Under the pieces are notes generated by a model. That model searched no databases. It saw only the letters and a program-made list of their open reading frames with translations, and was not told where the DNA came from. Positions 32,720 through 43,076 of a DNA stretch of 64,000 bases are shown here, one piece after another. Source of the DNA: Candidatus Poribacteria bacterium (lineage in GTDB: Bacteria > Poribacteria > WGA-4E > PCPOR2b); the NCBI GenBank assembly GCA_965218095.1, contig OZ244587.1, positions 2,592,001 through 2,656,000 of the forward strand. The letters run 5' to 3'. Within the stretch, counting starts at the first letter, position 1. Every line of letters begins with the position of its first letter. A program made the translations under genes and the position numbers.

Positions 32720-32990
32720 TTGAGGCTGACGGGAGAAGCGCGCGTTTTACTCGCTATAAGTTCTATTATCTCCAAAAGTTTACATTTCGCCCAAAAAATG
32801 CGGCATAAATCTGTGCGCCTCAAATGCTTTATTATTATGGAAAGCTGACATTACTTACCTCAAGTTGATTGTCACGTTAATAATGTACCTCGATTTGGTC
32901 AGACTTGCAACCCTATTTTTTACTTGACACGATCGCAGATTTCAGTCAAAATAGAATTCCGTTATCTTACCAGAAAGGCGGTCTATAACA

Positions 32991-33836
32991 ATGAGTGAGC
33001 AACTCTTTATCAGTCACACCTTTACGGAACCCGGTGGTTTCACGTCCGGTATTGAAGGACCTGCTTGCGATGCTGAGGGCAATCTCTATGCCGTCAACTA
33101 CGCACGTCAGCACACAATTGGGAAGGTCACCCCGGAAGGGCAATGCAGTGTATTCGTCGAACTCCCTAACGGCAGCATCGGGAACGGTATTCGTTTCAAC
33201 AGTGCAGGTTTCATGCTCATCGCCAACTACACGAACCACAATATCCTCAAGGTCGATATGAATACGCGAGAAATCCGCGTTTATGCGCACGAGTCAACCA
33301 TGAACCAGCCGAACGATATTGCCATCGGCGCCAACGATATCGTCTACGCCAGCGATCCGGATTGGGCTGAGTCCACGGGGCAGATTTGGCGTATCGACAC
33401 CGATGGGAAAGTCACTCGCCTCGAAGCGGATATGGGAACGACTAACGGCATCGAAGTTAGCCCCGATGAGCGCACCCTCTACGTCAATGAGACCATGCAG
33501 CGCAACATCTGGGCTTATGATCTGTCTGCTACAGGAGAAGTCAGCAATAAGCGTTTGCTGATTCAGTTCCCCGATTTTAGTATGGACGGTATGCGCTGCG
33601 ATATTCAAGGCAATCTCTATGTGACGCGCCACGAGAAAGGCACCGTGGCCAAGGTTTCCCCGCAGGGTGAGGTGATTCTGGAAGTTGAACTTGGCGGAAA
33701 GCGTTGTACCAACCTTGCTTTCGGTGGACCCGATGGTCGCACCTGCTATGTGACCATCGCAGATCGGGGGAATGTCGAATATTTCCGCACAGATCTACCA
33801 GGTCGAAGTTGGCAGCTTTTCAAGGAGGTTAAATGA
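32991..33836 (+). CDS. SMP-30/gluconolactonase family
   Basis: EGPA, QPND, NGIEVSPD, DGMRCD, TNLAFGG. Confidence 0.92.
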   Translation: MSEQLFISHTFTEPGGFTSGIEGPACDAEGNLYAVNYARQHTIGKVTPEGQCSVFVELPNGSIGNGIRFNSAGFMLIANYTNHNILKVDMNTREIRVYAHESTMNQPNDIAIGANDIVYASDPDWAESTGQIWRIDTDGKVTRLEADMGTTNGIEVSPDERTLYVNETMQRNIWAYDLSATGEVSNKRLLIQFPDFSMDGMRCDIQGNLYVTRHEKGTVAKVSPQGEVILEVELGGKRCTNLAFGGPDGRTCYVTIADRGNVEYFRTDLPGRSWQLFKEVK

Positions 33837-34444
33837 TAGGTTATTCAAGGATATCCGGTATCGTCCTGTTGATGCTGCTGAGTATCAACCCAGGGCTTAT
33901 CGCGAAGGAAGGCGACGAGTTAATTGGGAAACCTGCTCCGGAATGGGGGGTGCTGGAGTGGATGAATTCACAGCCGCTCAAGCTGAAAGAGTTAGAGGAC
34001 AAAGTGGTTCTCATTCGTTGGTGGACGGAGACATGCCCATTTTGTACCCGTAGCGCACCCGCGCTGAACGAATTTCACGACACCTTCGAGGACAAGGGTT
34101 TGGTCGTGATTGGGATGTACCATCCGAAACCGCCCGGTCCGCGTCGTCAAAAAGTGCGCGAGCAGGCGGTGAAGCGACTCGGCTTTGAATTCCCGATTGC
34201 GCTGGATATGGGTTGGAAAACGTTGATACGTTATTGGCTGGCTGATTACAGACACCGATGGACCTCAGTCAGCTTTCTCGTCGATAAGCGGGGAAAGATT
34301 CGCTATATCCATCCGGGCGGTGAGTATTACAAAGGAGAGGGCGAAACACGGACGGAAGCCCAACGGGATTATCACGAGTTGAAAGCGATGATTGAAAAAC
34401 TCATCGCGGAACCTTCTCAGTCCAAAGCTGAATCGTCGGATTAG
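33833..34444 (+). CDS. TlpA-like redoxin, exported
   Basis: Signal peptide, GKPAPE, WWTETCPFC, FLVDKRGKIR. Confidence 0.88.
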   Translation: MIGYSRISGIVLLMLLSINPGLIAKEGDELIGKPAPEWGVLEWMNSQPLKLKELEDKVVLIRWWTETCPFCTRSAPALNEFHDTFEDKGLVVIGMYHPKPPGPRRQKVREQAVKRLGFEFPIALDMGWKTLIRYWLADYRHRWTSVSFLVDKRGKIRYIHPGGEYYKGEGETRTEAQRDYHELKAMIEKLIAEPSQSKAESSD

Positions 34445-34588
34445 TGGATTGAACCTTGGTCAGCGGAAAGCGTGCACCATCGGACGGAGGCTGACCTTCC
34501 GCCGACGGTTCATCATCTATGTCGTAACAATGGACGGCAAAACGATGGAGATTGTCAACTTTGAACAGGTAGGGATGCAGTGCACAGT

Positions 34589-37291
34589 TTACTTATCCAG
34601 CGAAAGCCGGAATACCCCCTCTGCCGCTGTGCCGATGTAGAGTGTTGTCCCATCAAGTGCAAGTAACCTGACAATGCGTTGCATCGGAGCAACCCGCTCC
34701 CACGAATCCGATTCCTGCGCCAAGCGGAAGATCCCACGAGAGCTGGTCCCATAGAGCGTTGTGCCATCGACAAGCTGCATCTCAATGTCGCCATCGGATA
34801 ATCCGGCGACGATTGACGTCCATGTTTCGCCGCCATCTGTCGAGCGAAAAACCCCATCTCGCGGCCCGGCGACATAAATCGTCCTGCCGACGAAGGCCAA
34901 ATCATGAGTACCGGTTTGCTGCTCCCAATTTCGCATGTTTTTTCTCACATCCGTCCACGAATCGCCTTCGTCAAACGAGCGGAACAGTTTCCCATTATTT
35001 GCGCTAACGTAGACGGTTTTACCTGACACAGCCAACGTTCCCCATTGCAAATCCTTCAGTCCGAGGTCTGTCCACAGGTCCTCCCCGACTTTCCACCGAT
35101 AGAGCCATTGTCCCTGCCCCATTTGCGCGATGACGTAGAAGGTCTCTCCGGCGTCCACCAATTGATCAACGGTATACATCCTGTTCTTAGCTGATTGCAT
35201 TTTCGTCTGAATTGGCATCCATGAGTTTCCGTCGTCTGCCAAGCAATAAATTCCAGAAGTTGATGGGTTCCACCTGTAGTTGGTTTCGTTCGTCCCTGCA
35301 TAGAGTTTTCCTCCCGAAACTGTCAGCGTCGCCCCATTACTGGCAACCAATCCATCATTCACCGCCACCCACGAATTCCCACCATCCGCTGATTTGACGA
35401 TACCATCGCCTGTTATAGTATAGAGTGCGTTTCTGAAAAATACCAAGCTATCAATCCAAGTATTGATGATGCCGGTGTTGATTTTCGTCCACGATTCTCC
35501 ACCATCCATCGAGCGGAAAACTCCATCGTCGGTGGCGACGTAAAGCGTCTTCTCAGATAAGGTCGCTATGGAGAGGGGGGTTTGATTGGTCAAACCGGTG
35601 TTAAACATCGTCCATGAGTTACCGGCATCAGTTGAGCGAAACACCCGACCATCGGGCGAACCTGAGCCGATGTAGAAGACCGTGTTTCCCACCGCCGCCA
35701 ATTCGCCGCTGAAATGCTGCATCAATTCGGACTTAATTGACCTCCAGAAATTGCCTGTATCCGTTGAGCGGAAAAGTCCACCGTCCGCCGTGGCTGCATA
35801 GAGGCTGTTTTCAGAGATAGCGAATGAGACGATTTTTTTAGATACGGCGGTGAGTTTTGTCCATGCAGATACAACGGTAAGTTTTGTCCATGAATTCTCG
35901 CCGGCTTTGAGGCGGAACATGCTGTGGGGAGTTTTTGCGAAAAGCGTCCTTCCACTCACCATCAAGCGTCGAATATCTCGGTAGATTAATCCGTCGTTGA
36001 TTGGCGTCCACGATTCGCCGTCATCATCCGAGCGAAAGACACCCTTTTCAGGTCTTCCAATGTAAAGCGTATCGCCGATGAACGCCACTGCATCAATCCC
36101 TCGATCCTTCCTGATCCACGTCAACTGCTGCCACGAGTCGCCGCCGTTGGTCAAGTAGAAAAGGTCGCCGCCTGTGCCGGCATAGAGGGTGTTTCCCTTT
36201 TGCGCCAACGCGAAGACGGTGGGAAGCATGTTGTTCTCATAGACCCGCAAACCGTTGTTGGCGTGCACCCACGTTTCACCGCCATCCGTTGAGCGGAAGA
36301 TACCACCTTCTACTGCTCCGGCAAAGAGTATTCCTTCCGGCGTCGCGTGCAGGGCCATAATTGCTCCACCGTAAGGTCCGTTGGTCTGCGTCCAGCCAAT
36401 TTTATCCGATTCTATATCGTTCTGTGAATCCGACGTAGCCTCCCAAACCGAACCATCTTCCCGATTTCCATTTCCCGCCGCTCCTGCATTCGACGCCCCT
36501 GCCCGATTGACCTTCGAGAACTTCGCTACCGGCATTTCAATTATCGGTGCATCAACGATTTCAACCATCGTCGCCGATTCGGGCGCATCAAGGCTGTAAG
36601 GCAACTGAAATCTTGCAGTCTTAACCCCCAAGCCGACAAGCAACGTGACCACGGCACAAGTGGTTTGCTCGTTGGCCCAGAAGTCAACGGGACGTTGAGG
36701 ATTCGGCGCATAATCTCTTGCGTCAAAGCCGGTGGAAGTTGGAAGCCTCCCAAGGTTTCTTCAATCATCGTCAATTCCTCCTTCAAGCGAATTCGGGCGC
36801 GATAGAGTCGATCTCTGATGGCGCCACATGACGTACCGATGAACCGTCCAATCTCGTCGCAGGTCATCCCCGCCATGTAGTAAAGTGTCAAGACGGTTCG
36901 TTCACTTTCGGGGAGACTTTCGAGCGCATTGTGAATCTCCTCACGCACACGCGCATCAGCATACTTCGCCCATGACTGCGCGTTCATCTCCCCCTTGACC
37001 CTATCGAATGATTCAGTTCGTAGGCGATTTTGCCGAAGCCAAGAGATACAGCACCGTGCGGCAATCACGTAGAGCCAGCCGGGGAAGTGTACCGGATCTT
37101 TGAGCGTCGATAATTTCTGGTATGCCTTGAGATAAGGTGTCCTGCGTGATTTCTTCGGCGGTGTGGAAATCGCCGAGTTTGCGGCAAGCCAGGGCGTGGA
37201 CAGATCCTTTGTACTTATCCACCAGAAAACCGAAAGCGGATTCGTCGCCCGCCAATGTGCGTTGAATCAATCCAGCGTCATGAAGTGCCAT
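34589..37291 (-). pseudogene. ECF sigma-70 factor fused to BNR/YCF48 beta-propeller, two frameshifts
   Basis: Sigma regions (AEEITQD, RLYRARIRL) in three frames; frameshifts near 37133 and 36650; many RSxDGGExW Asp-boxes. Confidence 0.82.
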
Positions 37292-37583
37292 TTTCTATCT
37301 CCCGGTGTCATCATCAAGATTCAGGATACATTTGCATCCCCGCGTATCAAGACCTCGCTACGATAGAGCAAGTACGGAACACAGATCTGCGTTCCCTAAT
37401 CATGTCTTTCTGTTTATAATGACGCACATTTGCAACAGATCATCAGATGGCCGATCCGTTTTTTGATCTTGATTTCCATTTGACTTGATGCTAAACTGAG
37501 AACCAAAAATTTCACATAAATATTTCCATCGGAGTAAATTTTCGGCTCTCGTGACGAAAAGACTCAGCGAGGAGGAGGAGCCC

Positions 37584-38828
37584 ATGAGCAAATTAGCGAT
37601 TCAGGGCGGCGACAAAGCCATCACTTTAGACCAAAGTGAGGCTTCGCAGTGGCCCATTATTGATGACGAGGTCACCGCAGCCGTCGTCAACCAATTGCAA
37701 AGTGGGGAGATCTCGTTTTCAGATACCATCTACAAATTCGAGGAGGAGTTTGCCGCTTATCACGGCGTCAAGTATGCCCTGGCGCACAACAACGGGACCG
37801 CTTCGATTCATGGGGCACTGTTCGGGATTGGGGTTGGGCCGGGTGATGAAGTCATCACCCCTGCTGCAACGTTTTGGGGGACGTATATGCCCATCCTCTC
37901 CTGTCAGGCGATTCCGGTTTTCTGCGATATTGACCCGTTCACCGGCTGCGCTGACCCAGAAGATATCAAGCGACGAATCTCTCCCTACACGAAAGCAATC
38001 ATTGTCGTCCATCTCGGCGGGATGCCAGCGGAGATGGACGACATTATGGAAATCGCAAAGTGTCACAATATCTTCGTGCTTGAAGACTGTTCGCACGCTC
38101 ACGGCGCGACCTACAAAGGCAAAAAGGTTGGGACAATCGGAGATGTAGGATGTTTCAGCATGCAAGCGGGAAAACTCTTGCCGAGCGGCGAAGGTGGGGT
38201 GATGATTACGGATAATCTGGAGTATTCCGAGCGGGCAATCTGCCTCGGACACTACGAACGCATTCGCGATCTTCCCGACGAGAAATATCGCAAGTATGCC
38301 AAGACCTGCTTTGGATACAAATACCGCATCGCCCCAATTTCCGCCGCCATTGCTCGTGTCCAACTACGGCATCTTGATGAGCGTAACAAATGCCGGGACG
38401 ACAGCGTGATGTACCTGATGGACGGCATTGCAGAGTGTCCGGGAATCTATCCGATCAAGCCTTCGGCCGATAGCTTCCGCGGGTATTACAGTCGCCCCTA
38501 CGTCCGCTATGTCCCTGAAGAACTCGGCGGATTGCCGAAAGAGAAATTCATCGAAGCGTTGCAGGCAGAAGGCGCAAACGTGAATAGCGGTGCACCGGGA
38601 GGCAGCGACCACCTGTCAGCGGTGTTCCAGGAACGGAATCACCCAGCTTTCACTCGCCCTGAAAATAAACGGGAAGTGAAATATCAGAAAGGAGACCTGC
38701 CCGTTTCTGAGAACCCACGTGAAGATCTGTTCACCATTCCGGTCTTCCCCAGAACCGGCAAGGCGCTGTTAGACCAGTACATCGAAGCCTTTGGGAAGGT
38801 TGCGACCCATGTTGCGGAACTCGTTTGA
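37584..38828 (+). CDS. DegT/DnrJ/EryC1/StrS PLP aminotransferase
   Basis: NGTAS, GDEVI, EDCSHAHGA, FSMQAGK, GEGG. Confidence 0.92.
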   Translation: MSKLAIQGGDKAITLDQSEASQWPIIDDEVTAAVVNQLQSGEISFSDTIYKFEEEFAAYHGVKYALAHNNGTASIHGALFGIGVGPGDEVITPAATFWGTYMPILSCQAIPVFCDIDPFTGCADPEDIKRRISPYTKAIIVVHLGGMPAEMDDIMEIAKCHNIFVLEDCSHAHGATYKGKKVGTIGDVGCFSMQAGKLLPSGEGGVMITDNLEYSERAICLGHYERIRDLPDEKYRKYAKTCFGYKYRIAPISAAIARVQLRHLDERNKCRDDSVMYLMDGIAECPGIYPIKPSADSFRGYYSRPYVRYVPEELGGLPKEKFIEALQAEGANVNSGAPGGSDHLSAVFQERNHPAFTRPENKREVKYQKGDLPVSENPREDLFTIPVFPRTGKALLDQYIEAFGKVATHVAELV

Positions 38829-38840
38829 AAATGAGAAAGA

Positions 38841-38905
38841 GCGTAAAACCTGAAACGTAAAACGTGAATTTCTTACGTTTTACGCATTACGTTTTACGTT
38901 TCGTG
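38841..38905. repeat. Inverted array of heptamer repeats
   Basis: CGTAAAA/CGTGAAA-like units facing TTACGTT/TTACGCA units between convergent genes; related units near 941, 8833, 9004, 27848. Confidence 0.75.
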
Positions 38906-38943
38906 ATTTCTCGATTGCCTGCAATTAGCAGTACATCAGTCCA

Positions 38944-39930
38944 TCAGCCGTAAAGCTGCGCAACATATTCGGCGTAACCGTTGTAGAGCAGCGTCGGGCG
39001 TCTTTTCCATGTGAAGGCTGGGCCTCGACCAATCATCCGTTCCGAGGCTTGTGACCACCGTGGGTGAGGCACGTCGGGCTCAACATTCGCCTCAAAACCG
39101 TATTCGTTCGGTTGAAGGCTGTTCCAGAACGTCTTCGACTGATAGTTGAGAAACTCAATTTTTACGATGGATTTGGCACCCTTGAAGCCGTACTTCCACG
39201 GCACCACTTCGCGGATGGGGGCACCATGCTGTTTTGGAAGTTCGTGACCATAGATACCGATGGCAAAAAATGCCAGTTCGTTTGCCATTTCGTCAGTGCG
39301 GAGACCTTCTGTATACGGCCACGGAAGCCGAGACAAGCTAAGCCCCGGGCCTTTGGTAATCTTTGGGTTGTAAAACGAGATGAAGCGAACGAATCTCGCC
39401 TCTGACATCGGTTCGACATCATCAATGATCCGCTTCATCGGGAAGCCGAGCCATGGAACAACCATTGCCCACGCCTCAACACAACGGAAGCGATAGACCC
39501 GCTCCTCAAGGGGAAATTTCTTCTTGATGTCGTCCATGTCATAGGTGCGAGGATTCCGGACTAAGCCGGTGACCTCTACTTTCCAATTTTCGGTCGGCAA
39601 CGCCTGCGCTGCTTTCCAGATGGATTTTGAACCACCGAATTCATAGAAATTGTTATACTTGGCAGCAAGAGCTTCGTCAGTGATGGGGCGGTCAACCTTT
39701 GCAAAGGCTAGATTTCGTTTGACCGATCCGAATTTCATCAGGTTCGGGTCTATTTGGGGAGGCGTTTTTGACTCCGATTCGCTCGCGCAACCGAGAATAG
39801 GACTGCCGGCGATGCTCAAACCGGCACCAGCAAGCGTCGTCAAGAACCGCCGCCGATTCATAAAAGCTGTTTCCGGCGTGGCCTCCCGCTCTGGAATCTC
39901 CCAAGCTTTTGGAATATGGATGTTTGCCAT
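38944..39930 (-). CDS. msrP: Protein-methionine-sulfoxide reductase catalytic subunit
   Basis: Tat RRRFL, YNNFYEFG, RFRCVEAW, PWKYGFKG, HPRWSQASE. Confidence 0.95.
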   Translation of the reverse strand: MANIHIPKAWEIPEREATPETAFMNRRRFLTTLAGAGLSIAGSPILGCASESESKTPPQIDPNLMKFGSVKRNLAFAKVDRPITDEALAAKYNNFYEFGGSKSIWKAAQALPTENWKVEVTGLVRNPRTYDMDDIKKKFPLEERVYRFRCVEAWAMVVPWLGFPMKRIIDDVEPMSEARFVRFISFYNPKITKGPGLSLSRLPWPYTEGLRTDEMANELAFFAIGIYGHELPKQHGAPIREVVPWKYGFKGAKSIVKIEFLNYQSKTFWNSLQPNEYGFEANVEPDVPHPRWSQASERMIGRGPAFTWKRRPTLLYNGYAEYVAQLYG

Positions 39931-40133
39931 GGATTTACCCTCTCTTTCTGCGTACTACCACGATATTCGTAGCGCGTGGACTGCATCGAACGGAAATGTA
40001 AAGCGCGAAACGTGACGAGTGAGAAGTGACGCGCTCGTTTTTCATGTCTCACTCATCATGTAATAGATGGTACACCTTATTCCGTCAATCGAATCGGTCG
40101 TGATAGTACAGTTTTAATCCTTCCAATACTTCC

Positions 40134-40973
40134 TTACACACGCTTCCACCGACTTGGGTTCATTCCCGGTGCTCCTTTTTTCATGTTCGGTGGTTTGTTG
40201 CCACCGTGATAATCCCAGTGGCGGGTGTTGCGGTCGCTGAATAATGGTCTAACGGAATCCGGCAGTTTCGCTAGGTCTGCATCATCCCAGGTTGACACTT
40301 TGTCTTGGGGGCCCGCCCATGCCGGACGATAAGCGATAGCGAGCATTGCACGGGGATAGTCGCCAACATTAGGGAAGTTGCCGTGAAAGACTTTGTGGTT
40401 GATCAGTACCGCTGAACCCGCTTTCGCAGGGACCATCACCTCTTCGGGGTGCGATTCAAAACGTTTGTAGGGATTCGCATCGGCGTGCATCGAGAGGTGG
40501 GATCGGGGGATGACGCGGAACGGAGAAACCTCCGGGGTGAGATTATCAAGGTAGTACAGCACCCGGACCATAAAGGGAACGCTGCCATCGTAACCGAAGA
40601 TTTGAGAGCCGTAGGGTTGCCCGTCCGTGTGCAGGCTGATGCCCGGATGCCCCGGTTCGGAACGGGCGTAGCCGTAGCTCATCATAATAATCTCGTCGCC
40701 AAAAAGTTCCCGCAAGAAGGACAGGGTTGGGGGATGGGCAAGCAGTTCCGTGAGTGCCCCCCCTCTAAATTGGATGTTCGGACATCCCCGCTGATATACA
40801 CTGTAATCGACTGCGCGGGTTTCCAACTTCGCGGTTTCCGACTTAAGTCGAGCGACGTGGTCAGGAGACAGCAGGTCTGGCAGCAAGAGATAGCCTTCAA
40901 CTTCGATCTGGCGAATTCGCTCGCCGAGCGTCAAAGCTGACCAGTCACGGTCATCAATGCGTGGTGTGTTCAT
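40134..40973 (-). CDS. Phytanoyl-CoA dioxygenase (PhyH) family
   Basis: EGYLLLPDLL, LHTDG, VIPRSH, AGSAV..FHG. Confidence 0.88.
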   Translation of the reverse strand: MNTPRIDDRDWSALTLGERIRQIEVEGYLLLPDLLSPDHVARLKSETAKLETRAVDYSVYQRGCPNIQFRGGALTELLAHPPTLSFLRELFGDEIIMMSYGYARSEPGHPGISLHTDGQPYGSQIFGYDGSVPFMVRVLYYLDNLTPEVSPFRVIPRSHLSMHADANPYKRFESHPEEVMVPAKAGSAVLINHKVFHGNFPNVGDYPRAMLAIAYRPAWAGPQDKVSTWDDADLAKLPDSVRPLFSDRNTRHWDYHGGNKPPNMKKGAPGMNPSRWKRV

Positions 40974-41231
40974 TGCGATTCCTCCAAATGTCGTCGAAAT
41001 CTGAGATGAAAGATGGTGAGCCTAATTTTTATTCCGATTAAGAACTTCCATGTGAAAAAATTTGGTTCACAGTATTTAGGTTATCCTATTTGGCGGATGA
41101 TGTCAATAAGGAAATATCGAATTTTTTGTTGCAGAGTGCCCGTTTGTCTGCTAATATGGTAGGTCAAACGCACTCTTCAAAATCAGAGTTCACAGACATC
41201 TCTAAATATGGCTTTTCTGAGGAGAAAACTC

Positions 41232-43055
41232 ATGCCCGAATCATATCAAGGTTCACATCAGCAGTACGACGCGATTTGCCAATCCAACGTGATGATTCCG
41301 ATGCGCGATGGCGTATGCCTAGCGACCGACATCTACTTTCCTGCGCTGGGCGGTCAGCCGACGTCGGGAAAATTTCCGGTAATCCTAGAACGTACCCCCT
41401 ACGATAAGGCGGCAGCGGGAAATGTGACAAACGGTGCCTACTACACCCGGCGAGGCTACGTCTGCGCGATTCAGGATGTGCGAGGCAGATTCGCCAGCGA
41501 CGGTGAGTGGTATCCCTTCGCCAAAGAAGCCCCCGATGGCTACGACACGGTGGAATGGCTCGCCGCCCAAGAGTGGAGTGATGGACAGGTCGGCACGATG
41601 GGCGGGTCGTATTGCGGCAGCGACCAATCCGCGCTGGCAACCCTCAACCCGCCGCATCTTTCGACGATGATTGTCGCTGTTGGCGCGTCGAATTACTATC
41701 ACTGTTCGATGCGACAAAACGGTGCGCTCGAACAACGTTTCATGATCTATGCCTTCCGAATGGCGACCACCAGCAAGGAAGCGTTTGCCGATGCTAACAT
41801 CAAAGCTGCAGTTGACAAGGCGTTTGCAAATGTGGACGAGTGGGTGTCTCGTGCCCCGCTCAAGAAAGGCACATCGCCGTTGCGGATGCTGCCGAATTAC
41901 GAACAATGGGTGCTCGATCTATTCACGCACGGAGAATATGATGACTATTGGAAGCAACGCGGGTACGCCATCTCGCAGTATTACGAAGAGCACGCCGACG
42001 TGCCGACGCTCTACCTCGGTGGGTGGTATGATTCGTATGCGCGGGCGACCTGCGAGAATTTTACTGCACTCAGCAAAATGAAAAAGTCGCGGCAGGTGCT
42101 GTTGATGGGACCGTGGACGCATGGCGGCTGGAGCGTGTCGAATGCAGGCGACATTGATTTCGGGAATCACTCATTCATTAATTACAATGACCTGCGGCTG
42201 GCGTGGTTCGACCACTTCCTCAAAGGGATGCACACAGAAGTCGCTGACTGGTCGCCGGTCAAGATTTTCGTGATGGGCACCGGCAAGGGGACAGCCAACT
42301 ATCAGGGGCGCCTTCATCACAGCGGCCGTTGGCGCGACGAGCAGGACTTTCCCTTGCCCGACACCCAGTTCACGCCTTACTACCTTCATGCCGACGGCGA
42401 GATGTCTACCACTCTACCACTCACCACTGACCACTCACCAAGCCGCTTTAGCTTTGATCCGCGAGAACCGGTCCCAACCATTGGCGGCGGAATCTCCGCT
42501 GCTGAACCCATCATGGGCGCTGGCGCGTTTGACCAGCGTGGGGACTCCAGGTTCTTTGGCTGCAAAGACACCCTTCCCCTCAATGCCCGCAGTGATGTGC
42601 TGACCTTCCAGACCCACCCGTTAGAGGACGATGTGGAAGTCACGGGACCAATTACGGTCAAACTCCACGCCTCATCATCGGCCCGCGATACCGACTTCAC
42701 AGCTAAGCTGATTGACGTTTGCCCATTGAGCGATGACTATCCCGACGGGCTTGCTATCAACCTGACAGACACTATCATCCGCGCCCGCTACCGAAACAAT
42801 TGGGAGGCTCCAGAGTTACTGGAGCCGGGGAAAGTCTACGAGTTCACCTTTCAACTTTATCCAACTTCCAACGTCTTCAAGAAGGGACATCGGATTCGCT
42901 TAGACATTTCCAGCAGCAACTGGCCGCGCTTCGACGTGAATCCGAACACGGGCGGCGATTTGGGCTTCGAGCGGCGGTTTGAGATTGCAGAGCAGGCGAT
43001 TTATCATGAGCCCGAATACCCGTCGCATGTGGTCTTACCCATTCTTGAGCGATAG
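41232..43055 (+). CDS. CocE/NonD family hydrolase
   Basis: MRDGV, RTPYDK, QDVRGR, GGSYCG, GGWYD, GPWTH. Confidence 0.93.
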   Translation: MPESYQGSHQQYDAICQSNVMIPMRDGVCLATDIYFPALGGQPTSGKFPVILERTPYDKAAAGNVTNGAYYTRRGYVCAIQDVRGRFASDGEWYPFAKEAPDGYDTVEWLAAQEWSDGQVGTMGGSYCGSDQSALATLNPPHLSTMIVAVGASNYYHCSMRQNGALEQRFMIYAFRMATTSKEAFADANIKAAVDKAFANVDEWVSRAPLKKGTSPLRMLPNYEQWVLDLFTHGEYDDYWKQRGYAISQYYEEHADVPTLYLGGWYDSYARATCENFTALSKMKKSRQVLLMGPWTHGGWSVSNAGDIDFGNHSFINYNDLRLAWFDHFLKGMHTEVADWSPVKIFVMGTGKGTANYQGRLHHSGRWRDEQDFPLPDTQFTPYYLHADGEMSTTLPLTTDHSPSRFSFDPREPVPTIGGGISAAEPIMGAGAFDQRGDSRFFGCKDTLPLNARSDVLTFQTHPLEDDVEVTGPITVKLHASSSARDTDFTAKLIDVCPLSDDYPDGLAINLTDTIIRARYRNNWEAPELLEPGKVYEFTFQLYPTSNVFKKGHRIRLDISSSNWPRFDVNPNTGGDLGFERRFEIAEQAIYHEPEYPSHVVLPILER

Positions 43056-43076
43056 GGAAAACGTGAAAATGAATTT

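Noticed and set aside
38841-38905. CRISPR array
   Set aside because: Units are 7-mers without unique spacers; no cas genes.
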